A stretch of DNA of 64,000 nucleotides. Origin: Spirochaetaceae bacterium. GTDB lineage: Bacteria; Spirochaetota; Spirochaetia; DSM-2461. Below the pieces are notes generated by a model. It did no database searches. It worked only from the letters and a program-made list of their open reading frames with translations, and was not told the DNA's origin. Positions 60,884-64,000 of the stretch are shown here, one piece after another. The position numbers were made by a program, and so were the translations under genes. The stretch covers positions 96,001-160,000 of the forward strand of contig JAOPTT010000013.1 of the NCBI GenBank assembly GCA_051531975.1, in the 5' to 3' direction. The first letter of the stretch is position 1. Every line of letters begins with the position of its first letter.

Positions 60884-62445
60884 AAAGATATATTTTAGGT
60901 TTAGCATTTTTAGTATTAACATCACTTATACATGGAGAAAGTAGATACTATAGGAAAATAATTATAGATAAAGATTATAAAATTCAGGGGCGTTTTGAAG
61001 TTGATAAAAAAGATTCTGAATCTATAAATTGTTACGAAATTGAGTTTGTTAATAGTCAAGTTGTATCTGTAGAATTTTTGCGAAGTGGTTATTCTATTAG
61101 TGATCCTTTTTTTGGTGTAATAAAAATTAATGTCTATTATGAAGATCAGTTTATTAAGTGGGAATTTACCGATGGTAAAGGTGGCCGAGTAAGTAATGAT
61201 AACTCTATTTTTAGCTACAGAATAAAATATAATGATTTAGGGCAACCATCTTCAGTGTTTTATTATGATCATCTAGGACAGCTTGTTAAAGGTTTAGATA
61301 GAATTGCTGCAGTTCATTTTGTTTACTCAAATAATTCAAGACAAGAATTTGCCTTTAACCAAAAAGGTAGTCAGGTCTCCTTTGATGATGGTGTTATGGG
61401 TAGAAAGGCTAGTTTTGATGAGGTTGGTAATTTAATGTCTATAGGATTTCTAGATGCCCAGGGTAATAAAACAACTTGTTTAAATGAAGAGTATTCACTT
61501 GTTAAGTATAAATATGATGAGTATGGAAATCAGAAAGAAGAATCGTTTTATGATAAATTAGGGAATGCAACCTCAAATAATAGAGGCGTTTCAATAATAA
61601 ATAAAAAATGGGACAATAATGGAAATCTTATTGAGATTCAGAACAATAATGATAAAAACTTACTAATATCAAATGGAGAAGAAAGCTCTGTTATAAAGTG
61701 GGAATATGATCGAAAAGGTAATAAAATAAAACAATCTCACCTCGATGAGAATTTAAAACCAATAATGGATTTAATGAATGTCTCAGTTTATGAATGGACA
61801 CATTACGAGCAAGGTAATGAGTTAGAACAGAGGAATTATGATCAGTTAGGAAAATTAACTTTAGACGAAGATGGATTTGCTTCCTACCGTTGGATATACG
61901 ATGATAGAGGTAATATCCTTGAAGCTAAATATTATAATGAGTTAGATAAGTTGAAAGCAAACCCATGGGGGATAGCAAAATATAGATGGACATATGACTT
62001 TATAGGAAGGAAGGTTGAAGCCTCTCATTTTGGAAGTTATGATGAAATTATTCCTAATGAGAATGGCGTTTCAATTGTTAGTTATAGCTATGATAATAAC
62101 GGTAATTTATCTATTAAACAAAATAAAGACAGTGATTCTAGATTAGTTAATGATAAAAATGGAATTTCCCAATATAAGTATAAATATAATAGTGATAATG
62201 TATTAACTGAGATTAGCCAATTTGGTAGGTTTGATCAGTTGAAAGCAGATCTTGATTTTGTTGCCATTTATCAGAGAAAGTATGATACAATGGGGAACCT
62301 TATTGAAGAACGGTATCTAGGAATAGATGAAAAGTTAGTAGAAAATAGGGAAGGAACAGCTCTTTTACGACAGAAATTTTTAAGAGATGGTTCTCAGATA
62401 GAGTTTAAAAAATATAGTAGAAATAGAATTATTATAAGCGAATAG
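60880..62445 (+). CDS. Exported protein with ~32-aa YD-like repeats
   Basis: Signal peptide; repeated YDxxGNxxExxxY units, e.g. YDEYGN, WDNNGN, YDRKGN, YDDRGN, YDNNGN, YDTMGN. Confidence 0.8.
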   Translation: MKRYILGLAFLVLTSLIHGESRYYRKIIIDKDYKIQGRFEVDKKDSESINCYEIEFVNSQVVSVEFLRSGYSISDPFFGVIKINVYYEDQFIKWEFTDGKGGRVSNDNSIFSYRIKYNDLGQPSSVFYYDHLGQLVKGLDRIAAVHFVYSNNSRQEFAFNQKGSQVSFDDGVMGRKASFDEVGNLMSIGFLDAQGNKTTCLNEEYSLVKYKYDEYGNQKEESFYDKLGNATSNNRGVSIINKKWDNNGNLIEIQNNNDKNLLISNGEESSVIKWEYDRKGNKIKQSHLDENLKPIMDLMNVSVYEWTHYEQGNELEQRNYDQLGKLTLDEDGFASYRWIYDDRGNILEAKYYNELDKLKANPWGIAKYRWTYDFIGRKVEASHFGSYDEIIPNENGVSIVSYSYDNNGNLSIKQNKDSDSRLVNDKNGISQYKYKYNSDNVLTEISQFGRFDQLKADLDFVAIYQRKYDTMGNLIEERYLGIDEKLVENREGTALLRQKFLRDGSQIEFKKYSRNRIIISE

Positions 62446-62472
62446 TATTATAATGAATAAGGAAGAGAAATA

Positions 62473-62673
62473 ATGGATAAATGTGAATTTTTTGAAACAT
62501 GTTTTTTTGCCCAAAATGTAGAAAATACAGAGTTAAAAGAATCTTATTGTAACAACAACCCCTTAAGGTGTGCTAGGTTTATGATCTATCAAGGTTTAGA
62601 TGAAAGTAGTGTTCCAGGGGATTTAATGCCAGATGAGAAAATGAAGGCATATGAAATATTAGCAAATAACTAA
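62473..62673 (+). CDS. Small four-cysteine hypothetical protein
   Basis: Cx5C...YCx6CARF...VP.DL.P; AAGGA SD. Confidence 0.75.
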   Translation: MDKCEFFETCFFAQNVENTELKESYCNNNPLRCARFMIYQGLDESSVPGDLMPDEKMKAYEILANN

Positions 62674-62690
62674 CATATTAGGAGACCATT

Positions 62691-64000
62691 GTGTACAAAA
62701 GTTTAATTGATATCCCGAGGGAAATACAAAAAAAATATCCTGAAAGAGTATCTCATCGATATAGATCTGGAAATGTTTTTGAGGATAAAACATATACACA
62801 ATTTGTTAATGATATTGAATTATTAACTTTGGGTCTTTATGAGTTTGGAATTAAAGACCAGGACCATGTATCTTTTTTTGTAAATAATAGATACGAGTGG
62901 GCATTAACAGATTTTGCTTTGCAGAGTTTATCTGCTATTTCTGTCCCACGAGGGTCTGATACTACAGCAGTAGAGGCTGAGTTTATATTTAATCATTCTG
63001 ATTCTAAATATATCATTTTTGAAACATTAAAACAGGTTGATGAAAATCCAGAAATTGCTAAAAAATCTGAAAAGATATTTGTAGTTGATAGAAGTGACTT
63101 TGTATCAAATGAATTTGAAAATAAAATAACTTTCTATGACTCTTTATTTGAAGCTGGTAAAAAAATATTATCTGAAAATAGTACACTTTATAGTGATTTA
63201 ATAGATAAGGTTAAGTTAGAAAATATTGTATCAATAATTTATACTTCTGGAACTACTGGAAATCCAAAAGGAGTTGTTTTAACCCAGAATAACTTTATTG
63301 AAAATGTTTATCAGACAGCTGAAAGGTTGGATATTGACGAAAAAGTAGGTGAGGTTACTGTTACGATACTTCCATCGTGGCATGTATTTGAAAGAACTTT
63401 TGAATATAACGGTTTAAGTAGAGGAATATCTTTTGTCTACTCTTCCCTAAGAAATTTCTCTGAAGATATTGTTAGGAAAAAACCACATCTCTTGGCTTCT
63501 GTTCCTAGATTATGGGACTCAATATATACGAAGATGAATACGTTTATGAAAACTCAACCTAAACTTAGAAGAGGAATTTTTTATAACTTAGTTAAAGTTA
63601 ATTCTGCATATAAAGATATGATCTCATATATTCATAAGAGTTATATTTTATATGATAAAGAATTTGCACTTAAAAGGTTTTTTAAGATTATTCTAAAAAT
63701 GTTTGGTATATGCTTTTTGTTTCCTCTGCATCTTTTTGCTGAACAGCTTTTTAAAGGTGTAAGAGCTAAGGTTGGAGGACGGTTAAGATGTGCCGTTTCT
63801 GGTGGAGGATCACTTCCTTTGGCCATTGATCGTTTTTACACATCTGTTGGTATTACTGTATTAAATGCATATGGTATGACTGAGTGTTCACCAGGAATAT
63901 GTAGCCGGATAGTTAAAAGAAATACATTAGGTTCTGTTGGAGTACCATTTTCTAAAACTGAAATAAAAATATTAGACGATGATAATAATATTGTTAAAAG
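62691..64000 (+). CDS. Long-chain fatty acid-CoA ligase (AMP-binding), truncated at window end; not in ORF track
   Basis: GTG start after AGGAG; VPRGSD, IIYTSGTTGNPKGV, LPSWHVFER, SVPRLW, SGGGSL, AYGMTE. Confidence 0.92.
   Translation, partial: MYKSLIDIPREIQKKYPERVSHRYRSGNVFEDKTYTQFVNDIELLTLGLYEFGIKDQDHVSFFVNNRYEWALTDFALQSLSAISVPRGSDTTAVEAEFIFNHSDSKYIIFETLKQVDENPEIAKKSEKIFVVDRSDFVSNEFENKITFYDSLFEAGKKILSENSTLYSDLIDKVKLENIVSIIYTSGTTGNPKGVVLTQNNFIENVYQTAERLDIDEKVGEVTVTILPSWHVFERTFEYNGLSRGISFVYSSLRNFSEDIVRKKPHLLASVPRLWDSIYTKMNTFMKTQPKLRRGIFYNLVKVNSAYKDMISYIHKSYILYDKEFALKRFFKIILKMFGICFLFPLHLFAEQLFKGVRAKVGGRLRCAVSGGGSLPLAIDRFYTSVGITVLNAYGMTECSPGICSRIVKRNTLGSVGVPFSKTEIKILDDDNNIVK

Noticed and set aside
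60880..62673. RHS toxin-immunity pair
   Set aside because: No RHS core terminus or toxin domain; repeats run to the C-terminus; a Sec signal is present; no secretion-system genes nearby

Overview
Replication-origin region of an AT-rich Spirochaetales chromosome (assignment inferred from gene order and protein families). Core layout: jag-yidC-rnpA-rpmH-dciA-recF-dnaN-[oriC]-dnaA on the minus strand, divergent from gyrB-gyrA. Next come two parS sites, a NifU-domain gene, parA-parB, a MoxR/DUF58/transglutaminase trio, three tRNA-Ser genes plus SRP RNA, and dnaX-ebfC-recR. Further on are a long pyrG-lptCAB-rpoN-hpf-hprK-ptsH-ntrYX-like-lexA-holA run, cheR-cheB, carD-ispF, a DAHP synthase-prephenate dehydratase fusion, and an uncharacterised envelope cluster before a truncated acyl-CoA synthetase. 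rpmH and the acyl-CoA synthetase are missing from the ORF track. I saw no mobile element, prophage or CRISPR array. Most notable signals: an A12 run in dnaX with immediate stops in both shifted frames; a B. subtilis-like DnaA-box/DnaA-trio unwinding module plus a distal DnaA-box cluster; a parS encoded in a duplicated GyrA tail; a 19-bp-period motif array between tRNAs; many apparently leaderless genes; and a YmdB-like pseudo-enzyme paired with an RseC-like protein whose Cys motif is at the C-terminus. All calls come from reading the sequence; no database searches were run.
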